From: Ramlibacter sp.
GTDB lineage: Bacteria; Pseudomonadota; Gammaproteobacteria; Burkholderiales; Burkholderiaceae_C
DNA: 61,864 nucleotides
Reading direction: 5' to 3'
Assembly: GCA_028292195.1 (NCBI GenBank)
Contig: JAQGMU010000609.1
Coordinates: 1 to 61,864, forward strand
Under the pieces are notes generated by a model. It was not told the DNA's origin. It made no database searches and saw only the letters and a program-made list of their open reading frames with translations. This document shows, in pieces, positions 18,412 through 27,627 of the stretch. Both the position numbers and the translations under genes were made by a program. Position 1 is the first letter of the stretch, and each line of letters opens with the position of its first letter.

Positions 18412-18774
18412 TCATTGCGGAATGCGGGCGATGGCCTCGATCTCGATGCGCGCCCCCGGCGTCAGCAGGCCGGCCACGACGACCACGGTACCGGCCGGCG
18501 CCGGCTGCGCTACCCAGCCCTTCTTTGCGTTGGCGTAGTGCGGGTAGTCGGCAGCGTCGACCAGGTAGGCAGTCAGCTTGACGAGATGCTCGCGTGAGCT
18601 GCCGGCCTGGCGCAGCAGCATGTCGATCTTCTCCAGCGAGATGCGGGCCTGTTCCGCGCAGCCCTCGGCGATCCGGCCTTGCGCATCCGTGCCGATCTGG
18701 CCGGAGACGTGGACCCATCCTTCCGTGACGATCGCGGCGGAAAAAGCTGGCGTGCTGGGTGGCAGTGCGCGCAT
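18412..18774 (-). CDS. Rid (YjgF/YER057c/UK114) family protein lacking the catalytic Arg
   Basis: HVSGQIG, EQA, LVKLTAYL, PAGTVVVV, IEIEAIA; SD GAGGA. Confidence 0.9.
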   Translation of the reverse strand: MRALPPSTPAFSAAIVTEGWVHVSGQIGTDAQGRIAEGCAEQARISLEKIDMLLRQAGSSREHLVKLTAYLVDAADYPHYANAKKGWVAQPAPAGTVVVVAGLLTPGARIEIEAIARIPQ

Positions 18775-18864
18775 GGTTCGGTCCTCTTTTGAAAGCGCCG
18801 ACTATCCGCCGCGACCGCCTTGCGCGTCAAAGGAAAATCACGCGAGCGGGCGATCGCGTCCGAT

Positions 18865-18879
18865 CACATCAAGCATGTG
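18865..18879 (+). promoter_or_regulatory. Repeated operator-like motif, copy 4 (palindromic form)
   Basis: CACAT-CAAGC-ATGTG in the divergent Rid/ABC gap; degenerate companion site at 18955-18970. Confidence 0.72.
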
Positions 18880-19052
18880 TTGAATCGGCGCACCCGGCGT
18901 CTGCCGGTAGTTCGCGGGTGATCGCGCGCTGCAATCGGTAGTTCCCCGGATCCTCGCATCACACTCTTGCTCGTTGCCGGGTGGAATCGCCTTTCCCGCC
19001 GCCAGGTTGTAGATTGAGGTCGCACTCTGCAACGAACACGGAAGGCTGGCAC

Positions 19053-20225
19053 ATGAAAAGCGTCATTCGACTCCTGGGCATCGCTTCGCTGGTGGCTTTG
19101 GGGACGCCTTTCGCACAGGCGCAGACGCCCGGTGTCACCCGCGATCAGGTCGTCGTCGGGTCCACCAGTCCGCAGACCGGCAGCGTTGCGTCGTATTGCA
19201 AGCCCATGATCGACGGTGCCCTCGCGTGGTTTGCCAAAGTCAACGCAAAGGGCGGCGTCCACGGCCGCAAGATCGTCAACAAGGTCCTGGACGACCAGTA
19301 CTCGGCTCCCCAGGCGCTGGCAAATGCCCGCCAGCTGGCCGAGGAAGGCATCTTTGCGTTCTTCGGCGGCTGCGGCAGCATGCAGCCGCCGGCGGTGCAG
19401 CAAGTCGCGGTGCCGGCCAAGATTCCCTACGTGTTTCCGAACGCGGGCGTACCCCAGGTGGTGCCCGACCCGAATTTCCGCTCCATCAATCCGCTTTGGG
19501 CCGACCAGCTGCAGGCCGTCACCGAATGGGCCATGAAGAAGCACGGTGCCGGGCGCGCCTTCCTGGTGAACCAGCGTGCGCCGGCGTTCGATGCCAATGT
19601 CGCCGGCATGAAAGCGGGCGTTGCTGCCGGCGGCGGCACGATCGTCGGTGACGAAGCGATGGTGGTGAACGAACCCGATTTCACGCCCCTGGTACTGAAG
19701 ATGAAGGCAGCCAGGCCGGACTACATGATCATCGCCGCTGCTGCCAGCGACGTTGCCCGCCTGATCAAGACGATGCACGCGCAGCAGGCAATGCCGGCCA
19801 AGTTCATTCTCAGCAACTCCGCGTTGCTCAACGAAGCCTTCCTGGAACCCGTGCGCGGGCTGGTCGACGGCAAGATCCTCACCCCGCAGATGATCGCCGC
19901 CGCCACCAGCGACAAGTCCGGCGAGTGCACCTCCGCTTTCAAGGAGTTCGGCGCCGGCCTGCGGCCGGACGCGCAAAGCCTGTACGGCTGCGTCGTGGCA
20001 CAGACGTTGGTCGCGGCGCTGGAGGATGCCGGCAAGGACCTCACGCGGGAAGGCTTCCTGAAGGCGATCGACGGCTGGAACCGCAAGGCCGTCTCCCCCC
20101 TGATCCCGCCCCTGAGCTTTGTCGGGGGCCGGCATATCGGGATGAGCACCATGACGGTGGGCGGCGTGGAGAAGGGGGAGCTCAAGGACATCGAAGGGCA
20201 GCTCGTTCCCATGCCCGCACGCTGA
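19053..20225 (+). CDS. HAAT/Liv-type ABC substrate-binding protein
   Basis: Signal AQA, QTPGVTRDQVVVG, VNAKGGVHGRKI...DDQY, DFTPLVLKMK, AGKDLTRE. Confidence 0.93.
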   Translation: MKSVIRLLGIASLVALGTPFAQAQTPGVTRDQVVVGSTSPQTGSVASYCKPMIDGALAWFAKVNAKGGVHGRKIVNKVLDDQYSAPQALANARQLAEEGIFAFFGGCGSMQPPAVQQVAVPAKIPYVFPNAGVPQVVPDPNFRSINPLWADQLQAVTEWAMKKHGAGRAFLVNQRAPAFDANVAGMKAGVAAGGGTIVGDEAMVVNEPDFTPLVLKMKAARPDYMIIAAAASDVARLIKTMHAQQAMPAKFILSNSALLNEAFLEPVRGLVDGKILTPQMIAAATSDKSGECTSAFKEFGAGLRPDAQSLYGCVVAQTLVAALEDAGKDLTREGFLKAIDGWNRKAVSPLIPPLSFVGGRHIGMSTMTVGGVEKGELKDIEGQLVPMPAR

Positions 20226-20243
20226 CGCCGGCGCGTCCAGGGC

Positions 20244-21125
20244 ATGCAACTCCTGCTTAGCGGCGTCATCAGCGGCGTCGCCATCGGCTTGCTGTATGGC
20301 CTGCTCGGATTCGCCATCGTGGTGCTCTACAAGTGCACTTCGGTGGCGAATTTTGCCCAGGGCAACCTCGGAGCGGTTGCCACTTTCCTCGTGTTCCAGT
20401 TGCTGGTGCTGGCCAGGTTCGGGCTGGTCCTGGCGCTGGCGCTGGGCCTCGTGATCTCCGCGCTGGTGGGGGCGGCCTGCTACTTCTTCGCCATCCGTCC
20501 CAAGCCGGAGGCGGGCCACCTCAACGTCACCATGCGGACCCTCGGCCTGTACCTGCTGCTGCTGGCGATCATGAATGTCGCTTGGGGCAAATACCAACCC
20601 TATACCTTTCCTGCCGTCTTTTCGTCCGAAGCGGCCCTGACGATCGCGGACGTCAACATCTCCTGGCTGACGGTCGGCACCTTGCTGATCGCGCTGGCCA
20701 TGGCCGCGGCGTTCGAGACGTTCTTCAGGCGAACGGACCTCGGCCTGATGTTCCTGGCCGTTGCGGAGAACCCGGCCGTCGCCAGCCTGCTCGGGGTGAA
20801 CACGCGCAAGGTGACGGTGCTGGCATGGGCCATCAGTTCGGTGGTGGCCTACGTCATCGCAGTCCTGGTGGTTCCCGTCACCTTGCTGTCGTCCACGATG
20901 ATGGACTTGTACCTGTTGCTGGCCTTCACGAGCGCCATCATCGGCGGGCTGAACAACATCTACGGGCCATTCCTGGGCGGCCTGCTGGTGGGCGTGGTCT
21001 ACAACGTGGCGGCAATCCAGTGGAGCCGCGACGCCGCCGTCGCCTGCGTCTTCGTGCTGCTGCTGGCGGTCATGATGTTCCGCCCCAGCGGCATCCTGTC
21101 GTCGGCCAGGACGGAGCGCCTGTGA
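20244..21125 (+). CDS. LivH-like ABC permease
   Basis: NFAQG, RTDLG..FLAVAENP..A.LLGVN, AIIGGL, RPSGI; hydrophobic. Confidence 0.93.
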   Translation: MQLLLSGVISGVAIGLLYGLLGFAIVVLYKCTSVANFAQGNLGAVATFLVFQLLVLARFGLVLALALGLVISALVGAACYFFAIRPKPEAGHLNVTMRTLGLYLLLLAIMNVAWGKYQPYTFPAVFSSEAALTIADVNISWLTVGTLLIALAMAAAFETFFRRTDLGLMFLAVAENPAVASLLGVNTRKVTVLAWAISSVVAYVIAVLVVPVTLLSSTMMDLYLLLAFTSAIIGGLNNIYGPFLGGLLVGVVYNVAAIQWSRDAAVACVFVLLLAVMMFRPSGILSSARTERL

Positions 21126-22942
21126 ATCTGACGGACCGGGCCCGAAGCGGCACCCAGCGGGCCGTGCTCGGGATCATGGCCATCCTGTTGTTGGTGCCGG
21201 CGCTGCCGCTGTCGCAGCGCTCGCTGTATACGCTCTCGCTCGGCATGATCTACGCGGTGGCGGCCGTCGGGCTCGACGTCTTCGCCGGCTACGCTGGCCT
21301 GCTGGCCGTCTGCAGCTTCGCCTTCGTCGCGATCGGGGCCTATTGTTCGGTGCTCGCCGCGACCCACTGGGCAGCCGGCCTGGGCTTGCCGTCCGCGGTG
21401 CTCGGCACTTTGATCGTGGGGCTCGTCGTCGGGCTGCCGATGATCAGGCTGCGCGAGCTGGGCGTGGCACTTGCCACCTTCTTCTTCGCTTTCGCCGCCG
21501 TGGTGGTACTGGAAGGCGACCTCTTGGCGCGCTGGACCCAATCCACCACCGGCCTGGCGGTGCCGCTGGCGACGCTGGGCGACCTGCCGCTGAACCGCGG
21601 GCGCGGGCTCTACTACCTCTCCTGGGTGGTGCTGCTGGCGACCGCGCTGGTCACCTGCCGCTACGTGAATTGCCGGGCCGGCAAGGCGCTGCGCCTGGTG
21701 AAGCGCAGCGACGTCGTGGCGCGCTCGCTCGGCGTCGGCACCGCCGAGGCGCGCTTGTGCGCCTTCGCCTTCTACGCTGCGGCTTGCGGGGCCGCCGGTT
21801 ACCTGTACGCGCAGGCGGTCGGTCACATTTCGCCGGAAGTCTTTCCCGGGCTCGAGTCCGTCATCATCCTGGCGATGGCCGTCATCGGCGGCCTGGGCAG
21901 CGTGGCGGGACCGATCGTCGGCGCGATCGTGTTCCTGCTGCTCTCCGAGGCGACACGCGGTGCCGGCGGCTACCGGGAACTGGTGCTGGCGCTCACCTTG
22001 CTGGGCATTCTCGTGCTGTTGCCGGACGGTTTGTATGGGCTGGGCGAGCGGATCGCCCGGCGGGCCAGGCGGTGGCTGCCGAGCCGGGCCGCTCCTGCGC
22101 CTGCCGCGGACGCCGGGCCGGCCGGGCGAGCAAGCGGCGGGCCGGTGGCGGCCGGCGTGCCAGCACGGGCCACGGGGCATTCGCTCAAGCTGTCGCACGT
22201 CACGGTGCGCTTTGGCGGCGTGATCGCACTCGAAGACGTTTCGGTGGAAGTGCCGGCGCAGTCAATCACGGCGATCCTCGGCCCCAATGGGGCGGGCAAG
22301 ACCACGCTGTTGAACTGCATCAGCGGCGCACAGGCCTGCACGGGGGAGATCCTGCTGGACGGAGGCAGGATCTCAGGACTGGCGGCGCGCGCGATCCGGC
22401 TGCGTGGCGTCACCCGCACCTTCCAGCACCCGTCGCTGGTGACGGATCTGTCCGCGCTCGAGAATGTCGAACTCGGCTTGTACGGCGAGGCGCCGGCGTC
22501 GCCGATGCTGGACCTGCTTCCCTTTGGCGCGGCGCCCAGGCGGGATGCCGCGGCCCGCGTCGCCGCGCAACAGGCGCTGGACCTGGTGGGCCTGCCGCGG
22601 GAACGCCAGTTGCGCAGCGCCAGCGACCTCAGCCTGGCGGAGCAGAAGCGGGTGGACATTGCCCGCGCGATCGCGAGCCACCCGCGGCTGCTGCTCCTGG
22701 ACGAGCCGACGGCGGGCCTGGCCGAAGCCGAGATGGATGCGCTCGCGCAAGTGTTGCGCGAGGTGCATCGCGCCGGGGCGGTGACGATCGTGGTGATCGC
22801 CCATCACATGGGTTTCATCCGCACCCTGGCGGAGCGGGCGGTGGTGCTCGACTTCGGTCGCGTCGTCGCCACCGGTACGCCGGCCGAGGTGCTTTCACAG
22901 CCAGACGTGATCTCCGTGTTCGTCGGGGGTGCCGATGCCTGA
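21122..22942 (+). CDS. Fused LivM-like permease + LivG-like ABC ATPase
   Basis: GTG overlapping the previous TGA; VIGGLGSVAGP, LPDGL; Pro/Ala-rich linker; VRFGGVIAL, GPNGAGKTT, RTFQ, LLLLDEP. Confidence 0.92.
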   Translation: MNLTDRARSGTQRAVLGIMAILLLVPALPLSQRSLYTLSLGMIYAVAAVGLDVFAGYAGLLAVCSFAFVAIGAYCSVLAATHWAAGLGLPSAVLGTLIVGLVVGLPMIRLRELGVALATFFFAFAAVVVLEGDLLARWTQSTTGLAVPLATLGDLPLNRGRGLYYLSWVVLLATALVTCRYVNCRAGKALRLVKRSDVVARSLGVGTAEARLCAFAFYAAACGAAGYLYAQAVGHISPEVFPGLESVIILAMAVIGGLGSVAGPIVGAIVFLLLSEATRGAGGYRELVLALTLLGILVLLPDGLYGLGERIARRARRWLPSRAAPAPAADAGPAGRASGGPVAAGVPARATGHSLKLSHVTVRFGGVIALEDVSVEVPAQSITAILGPNGAGKTTLLNCISGAQACTGEILLDGGRISGLAARAIRLRGVTRTFQHPSLVTDLSALENVELGLYGEAPASPMLDLLPFGAAPRRDAAARVAAQQALDLVGLPRERQLRSASDLSLAEQKRVDIARAIASHPRLLLLDEPTAGLAEAEMDALAQVLREVHRAGAVTIVVIAHHMGFIRTLAERAVVLDFGRVVATGTPAEVLSQPDVISVFVGGADA

Positions 22943-23639
22943 AGCAGCACTTCGCGTCGTCGACCTCGCGGTTTCGTTCGACCAGGCACGGGTGCTGGAT
23001 GGCGTATCCCTGACCATCCGACCCGGCTCCATCGTGGGCTTGGTGGCGCCCAATGGCGCCGGCAAGACGACGACGCTGCGGGCCATCTCCGGCATCGTGC
23101 CGCGCTCGGGGCAGGTCTGGCTGGGAGAGCGCTTGCTGCCGGCGCGCCCTGACGTCGTCGCCGCCGCGGGCGTTGCGCACGTTCCGGAAGGACGGCGGCT
23201 GCTCGCGACCCTGACGGTGGAGCAGAACCTGCGGCTCGCCGCCGTCGCCGTGGGCCAACCCTACGGCGCCGCGGAGCGCGACTACGTGCTCTCGGTGTTC
23301 CCCGCGCTGGAAGCATTCCTGAAAACGGATGCGGCCCTCCTGAGCGGGGGCCAGCAACAGATGGTGGCGATCGCCCGCGGGCTGGTGGCCGGGCCGCGCT
23401 TCCTGATGGTCGACGAAGTTAGTCTCGGCCTCGCGCCCAAGATCGTCAAGGACCTGCTGCGCGTGCTGGAGCGCGTGGCGCGCAGTCGCGGCATCGGGCT
23501 GTTGCTGGTGGACCAGAACGTGCGGGCCTTGTCCGCCATGGCCGACGAGATGTACGTGCTGCGCGACGGCAGGGCCGAGATGTCCGCAGACACCGACGCG
23601 CTGGTGGAACTGGTGTATTTCGGAGGAAAGGAGCAATGA
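22935..23639 (+). CDS. LivF-like ABC ATPase
   Basis: APNGAGKTT, HVPEGRR, LSGGQQQM, MVDEVSLGLAP, VDQN. Confidence 0.92.
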   Translation: MPEAALRVVDLAVSFDQARVLDGVSLTIRPGSIVGLVAPNGAGKTTTLRAISGIVPRSGQVWLGERLLPARPDVVAAAGVAHVPEGRRLLATLTVEQNLRLAAVAVGQPYGAAERDYVLSVFPALEAFLKTDAALLSGGQQQMVAIARGLVAGPRFLMVDEVSLGLAPKIVKDLLRVLERVARSRGIGLLLVDQNVRALSAMADEMYVLRDGRAEMSADTDALVELVYFGGKEQ

Positions 23640-24700
23640 CCATGAGCGACCGACAACAAGCCCGCTGGAAGGTGCGGCCCGAGGGATCCACCTGGGGCGA
23701 CTGGGGAGCGGACGACCAGCTCGGGCGGCTGAACCTGTTGACGCCGGAGCGCCGCCGCGCGGGCCTGCTCGAGGCCAGGGAGGGCATCGCGTTCTGCCTC
23801 AGCCTGCCGCTGGACTACCCTGGCGGTTCCGTGCTCAGCGGCCGGCGCCATCCGCCACAACTGCGACCAACCCTCTGGGGCGACCGGCCGATGATGAATT
23901 TCCCGTTTTCCTTGCTCGATCCCCAGAACTGCGACATCGGCTGCGACGATGCGGTCCTGCTCCACCTGCAGTACTCCACCCAGTGGGACAGCCTGGCGCA
24001 CATGGGCCAGATGTTCGATGCGGACGGCGACGGCGTGCCCGAGCCGGTCTACTACAACGGTTATCGCGCCGACGAGCACATGTGCGGTCCCATGCACTAC
24101 CACGGCGCCGGCGCGCCGGTGCCAAGCGGCAGCCAGGGAAGCTACGCGCATGCCCTCGGCATCGAGAACATGGCTGCCAGTGCGGTGCAGGGCCGCGCGG
24201 TGCTGGTGGACCTGGGACACCATCTCGGCAGCAGCCGGCGCTACGTCGGTTACGACGACCTCCAGCGGATCCTCGAGGCGGACGGGATTTCGGTGGAGGA
24301 GGGCGACCTCCTGTGCCTGCGAACCGGCTTCGACGAGCTGCTGCTCGGGATGGATCGGCAGCCGGACGCCGCACTGATCCACGACCGGTGCGCCGCCCTC
24401 GACGGCCGTGACGAACGCCTGCTGCAGTGGATCACCGACAGCGGCATCGCCGCCCTCATTTCGGACAACTTCGCCGTCGAGGCTTATCCGGCGCGGCCGC
24501 GGATCGGAATGCGTCCCATGTTGCCGCTGCACGGCCACTGCCTGTTCAAGCTCGGACTCCCGTTGGGAGAACTCTGGCTGCTCAGCCCGTTGGCCGCGTG
24601 GCTGCGGACCAACGGGCGCCACCGCTTCCTGCTGACTGCGCCCCCGCTGCGGCTGCCCGGCGCCTGCGGCTCGCCCGTCACTCCCGTGGCGACGGTCTGA
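23636..24700 (+). CDS. Cyclase-family (kynurenine formamidase-like) metal-dependent hydrolase
   Basis: WGDWGADDQLGRLNLLTP, QYSTQWDSLAH, GRAVLVD, SDNFAVE, H..CLFKLG.PLGELW.L, GSPVTP. Confidence 0.9.
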   Translation: MTMSDRQQARWKVRPEGSTWGDWGADDQLGRLNLLTPERRRAGLLEAREGIAFCLSLPLDYPGGSVLSGRRHPPQLRPTLWGDRPMMNFPFSLLDPQNCDIGCDDAVLLHLQYSTQWDSLAHMGQMFDADGDGVPEPVYYNGYRADEHMCGPMHYHGAGAPVPSGSQGSYAHALGIENMAASAVQGRAVLVDLGHHLGSSRRYVGYDDLQRILEADGISVEEGDLLCLRTGFDELLLGMDRQPDAALIHDRCAALDGRDERLLQWITDSGIAALISDNFAVEAYPARPRIGMRPMLPLHGHCLFKLGLPLGELWLLSPLAAWLRTNGRHRFLLTAPPLRLPGACGSPVTPVATV

Positions 24701-24821
24701 AGGGGGCTTGCACTGCGGCCTTCAAAACAGATACGTGGGGAATTGGAGCAGTGCAGGTTTCCTGCGTAGCCATCGGGCAGGCGACGCCCTAGCATGGGAT
24801 GGTCAATTCCAAGGTCATCCC

Positions 24822-25808
24822 ATGAGTCTCATTTTCTCCCGCCGGGCACTGGTCGCCTGGCTCTGCTGCATCGCGGCGGTGCCCGCCGCCGTGGCGCAGG
24901 TCTCCTCGTATCCGAATCGCCCGATCCGCCTCATCGTGCCCTATGCCGCCGGCGGCGGCACCGACCAGCTTGGCCGCCTGATCGCGGAAAAGCTGCGCCA
25001 GCGGCTGGGCCAGGCCGTCGTCGTGGACAACAAGCCGGGCGCCGGCACCATCGTCGGGACCGATCTCGCGGCCAAGCAGCCGGGCGACGGCTATACCCTG
25101 CTGCTCACGACGTCCGCCCTGTCGAGTGCGCCGGCGATGATCGCCAGGCTGCCGTTCGACCCGGTGAAGGACTTCACGCCGATCGCAAACGTCGGCGTGA
25201 TGCTCATCTCGATGTCCGCCAACAATCGCCTGCCCGCCGCCAACGTGAAGGAACTCATTTCCTACATGAAGGCGCATCCCGACAAGGTGAACTACGGCTC
25301 CTACGGCATAGCGACCACGGCCAACATCTCCATGGCGCTCTTCAACCAGCGCGCCGGCGTCACGTCGACCCACATCCCCTACAAGGGCGGCGCCTCGCAA
25401 GCGCTGCCCGAGATGGTGGGCGGCGAGCTGGACATCATGTTCGACGCCATGGCCTCGTCGGCGCCGCTGGTCAAGGCAGGCAAGATCAAGGTGCTCGCGG
25501 TGGCTTCCAGCAAGCGCTCGTCGCTGATGCCGGACGTGCCCACGGTCGCCGAGGCGGCGAACCTGCCCGGGTTCGCCTTCGAGCCCTGGTACGGCATCGT
25601 CGGCCCCGCCGGCATGCCGCGCGAAGTGGTCGAGCGCCTCAACCGCGAGATCAATGCCGCGGTGGCCGAGCCGGAGGTGCAGGAATCCTTGCGCAACCAG
25701 TACATTTCGCCCCTGACGGGAGCGCCCGCGATGATGCGCGACATCATCGTCAACGACATCGCCTACTGGAGCAGCGCGGCGAAGGCCGCCGGCGTCAAAC
25801 CGGAGTGA
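24822..25808 (+). CDS. Bug/TctC substrate-binding protein
   Basis: [43 protein letters not shown]. Confidence 0.95.
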   Translation: MSLIFSRRALVAWLCCIAAVPAAVAQVSSYPNRPIRLIVPYAAGGGTDQLGRLIAEKLRQRLGQAVVVDNKPGAGTIVGTDLAAKQPGDGYTLLLTTSALSSAPAMIARLPFDPVKDFTPIANVGVMLISMSANNRLPAANVKELISYMKAHPDKVNYGSYGIATTANISMALFNQRAGVTSTHIPYKGGASQALPEMVGGELDIMFDAMASSAPLVKAGKIKVLAVASSKRSSLMPDVPTVAEAANLPGFAFEPWYGIVGPAGMPREVVERLNREINAAVAEPEVQESLRNQYISPLTGAPAMMRDIIVNDIAYWSSAAKAAGVKPE

Positions 25809-25831
25809 TGCCCGTTCACGCCCAGGCCGAA

Positions 25832-25844
25832 CATCAAGCATGTG
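25832..25844 (+). promoter_or_regulatory. Repeated operator-like motif, copy 5
   Basis: CATCAAGCATGTG, identical to copies 1 and 4, upstream of the CoA-ligase operon. Confidence 0.72.
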
Positions 25845-25923
25845 CGGAAATGGGCCGGCTCGCCGCGCAGCGCTCGTGCCGGCGTCCTCTTGCCCTAGCA
25901 TCGGAAGCATCGAAGGAGAGAGC

Positions 25924-26019
25924 ATGAGCATCCGCGTCAGCCGCCGCACCGCGCCCGCCCTGGCAAGGCGCGTTGCCCCGCCCATCTTCGCCCCGGCCGC
26001 CGGCGTGAAGGCGGAGTAA
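25924..26019 (+). pseudogene. 31-aa mini-ORF, probable collapsed Bug paralog (or leader peptide)
   Basis: SD GAAGGAG; MSIRVSRRTAPALARRVAPPIFAPAAGVKAE-stop; its termini mimic those of the upstream Bug (MSLIFSRRA... / ...AAGVKPE). Confidence 0.6.
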
Positions 26020-26028
26020 GGCTTGCGC

Positions 26029-27627
26029 ATGCGCGATGCTCTCCTCCCAGCCCGCCGCATTTCGACGGGCGTGACGCTGGGTGACCTGATCGAGCGCAAT
26101 GCGCGCTTCAGTCGCGACGACGTCGCCTTCGACGACGGCACCCGGCGGCTCACGCATCGGTCCTTTTTCGAGCGCGTGAGCCGGCTGGCGGAAGCACTGG
26201 AAGCCCGTGGCTGCCAGCACCAGGACCGGGTGGCGATGCTTTCCATGAACTCGATCGAGTACTTCGAGTTCTATGGCGCCTGCGAATTGGCCGGCTACAT
26301 GGCGGCCACCGTCAATTACCGCCTGGCGCTCGCCGAAATGCGCGCGATCCTGGAGAGCGCGGCGCCCACGGTCCTCCTCTTCGAGAGCCAGTACGCGGGG
26401 CTGGCCGAGGAGTTGCGCGCCGGCCTGCCCGGCGTGCGGGCCTGGATCTGCATCGGGCCCGGGCCGTCGTGGGCGGAGGACTACGAAGGCGTCCTTGCGG
26501 CCGCCAGCGGGGCCGGACCGCGCGGACGCAGCGGCGAGGACGACATCGCCCACCTGATCTTCACCAGCGGCACCACGGGCAAGCCCAAGGGGTGCATGCT
26601 GGCGCATCGCGACAGCGTGAACAAGGCGGCCATGCATGCGGCGGAAATGGGCGTGACGCCGGCCGACCGGATGTTGCTGGTGATGCCCTATTTCCACGTG
26701 GGCGCGAAGGGCATGCAGCTCGGTGCCTGCTGGCGCGGTGCCACGGTCATCGTGCAGCGCAGCTTCGAGCCCGAACGCGTGGTGGAAGCGATCGAGCGCG
26801 ACAAGGCCACGATCGTGCACCTCGCCCCGACCATGGTCCAGAGCGTGCTCGAACTGCCCGGCATCGAGGGCCGCGATCTCTCGTCGCTGCGCGTCGTGGG
26901 CTACTCCGCCGCGCCGATGCCCATCAACGTGCTGCGCAAGGGGCTGGTCCTCATGGGCAACGTATTCCACCAGGTCTATGGCCAGACCGAGGGGGCGATC
27001 AGCGTGCTGCTGCGCTCCCAGCACCGGCCGGATGGCACGGCGCGGGAGCGCCGCTGGCTCGAGTCCGTGGGGCAGCCGCTGATCGGCACCGAGGTGCGCC
27101 TGGTCGACGACCACGATCAGGACGTCCCGGCCGGCGAGCCGGGAGAAATCATCTACCGGGGCGGCGTGATGTTCCGCGGGTTCTGGAACGACATGCCGGC
27201 GACCATGCAGGCCCTGCGCGGCGGCTGGGTGCACTCCGGCGACATCGGCCGCTTCGACGAAGACGGCTTCCTGTACATCGTCGACCGCAAGAAGGACATG
27301 GTCATCTCCGGTGGCGAGAACATCTACACGCGCGAAGTGGAGCAGGCGCTGGTGCAGCATCCCGCCGTGCTCGAGGCCGCCGTCATCGGCATCGCCGATG
27401 CCCGATGGGGCGAAGCCGTCCGCGCGGTGGTCGTCCTGCGCGCGGGCTCCCGGCTGTCCGAGCAGGAGCTCGTCGACCACTGCCGAACCCTGATTGCGGG
27501 CTACAAGAAGCCGCGCAGCGTCGTCTTCGCCGCGGAGCTGCCCAAGCTGCACAACGGCAAGGTGGACAAGAACCGCATCCGGGTGCTGCATGGCGGCGCC
27601 CTCAATTCGATCCAAGGAAAGCCATGA
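26029..27627 (+). CDS. AMP-binding acyl-CoA ligase
   Basis: FTSGTTGKPKG, YGQTE, WVHSGDIG, DRKKDMVISGGENIY, PKLHNGK. Confidence 0.95.
   Translation: MRDALLPARRISTGVTLGDLIERNARFSRDDVAFDDGTRRLTHRSFFERVSRLAEALEARGCQHQDRVAMLSMNSIEYFEFYGACELAGYMAATVNYRLALAEMRAILESAAPTVLLFESQYAGLAEELRAGLPGVRAWICIGPGPSWAEDYEGVLAAASGAGPRGRSGEDDIAHLIFTSGTTGKPKGCMLAHRDSVNKAAMHAAEMGVTPADRMLLVMPYFHVGAKGMQLGACWRGATVIVQRSFEPERVVEAIERDKATIVHLAPTMVQSVLELPGIEGRDLSSLRVVGYSAAPMPINVLRKGLVLMGNVFHQVYGQTEGAISVLLRSQHRPDGTARERRWLESVGQPLIGTEVRLVDDHDQDVPAGEPGEIIYRGGVMFRGFWNDMPATMQALRGGWVHSGDIGRFDEDGFLYIVDRKKDMVISGGENIYTREVEQALVQHPAVLEAAVIGIADARWGEAVRAVVVLRAGSRLSEQELVDHCRTLIAGYKKPRSVVFAAELPKLHNGKVDKNRIRVLHGGALNSIQGKP

Noticed and set aside
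18801-18811. ACTATCCGCCG shared with the TetR site at 58787-58797
   Set aside because: It lacks both the ATAC and GTAY ends of the palindrome and may be chance.
13102-25844. The 13-bp repeats as CRISPR repeats or insertion-sequence ends
   Set aside because: They are too short, kilobases apart and in mixed orientation, with no cas or transposase genes.
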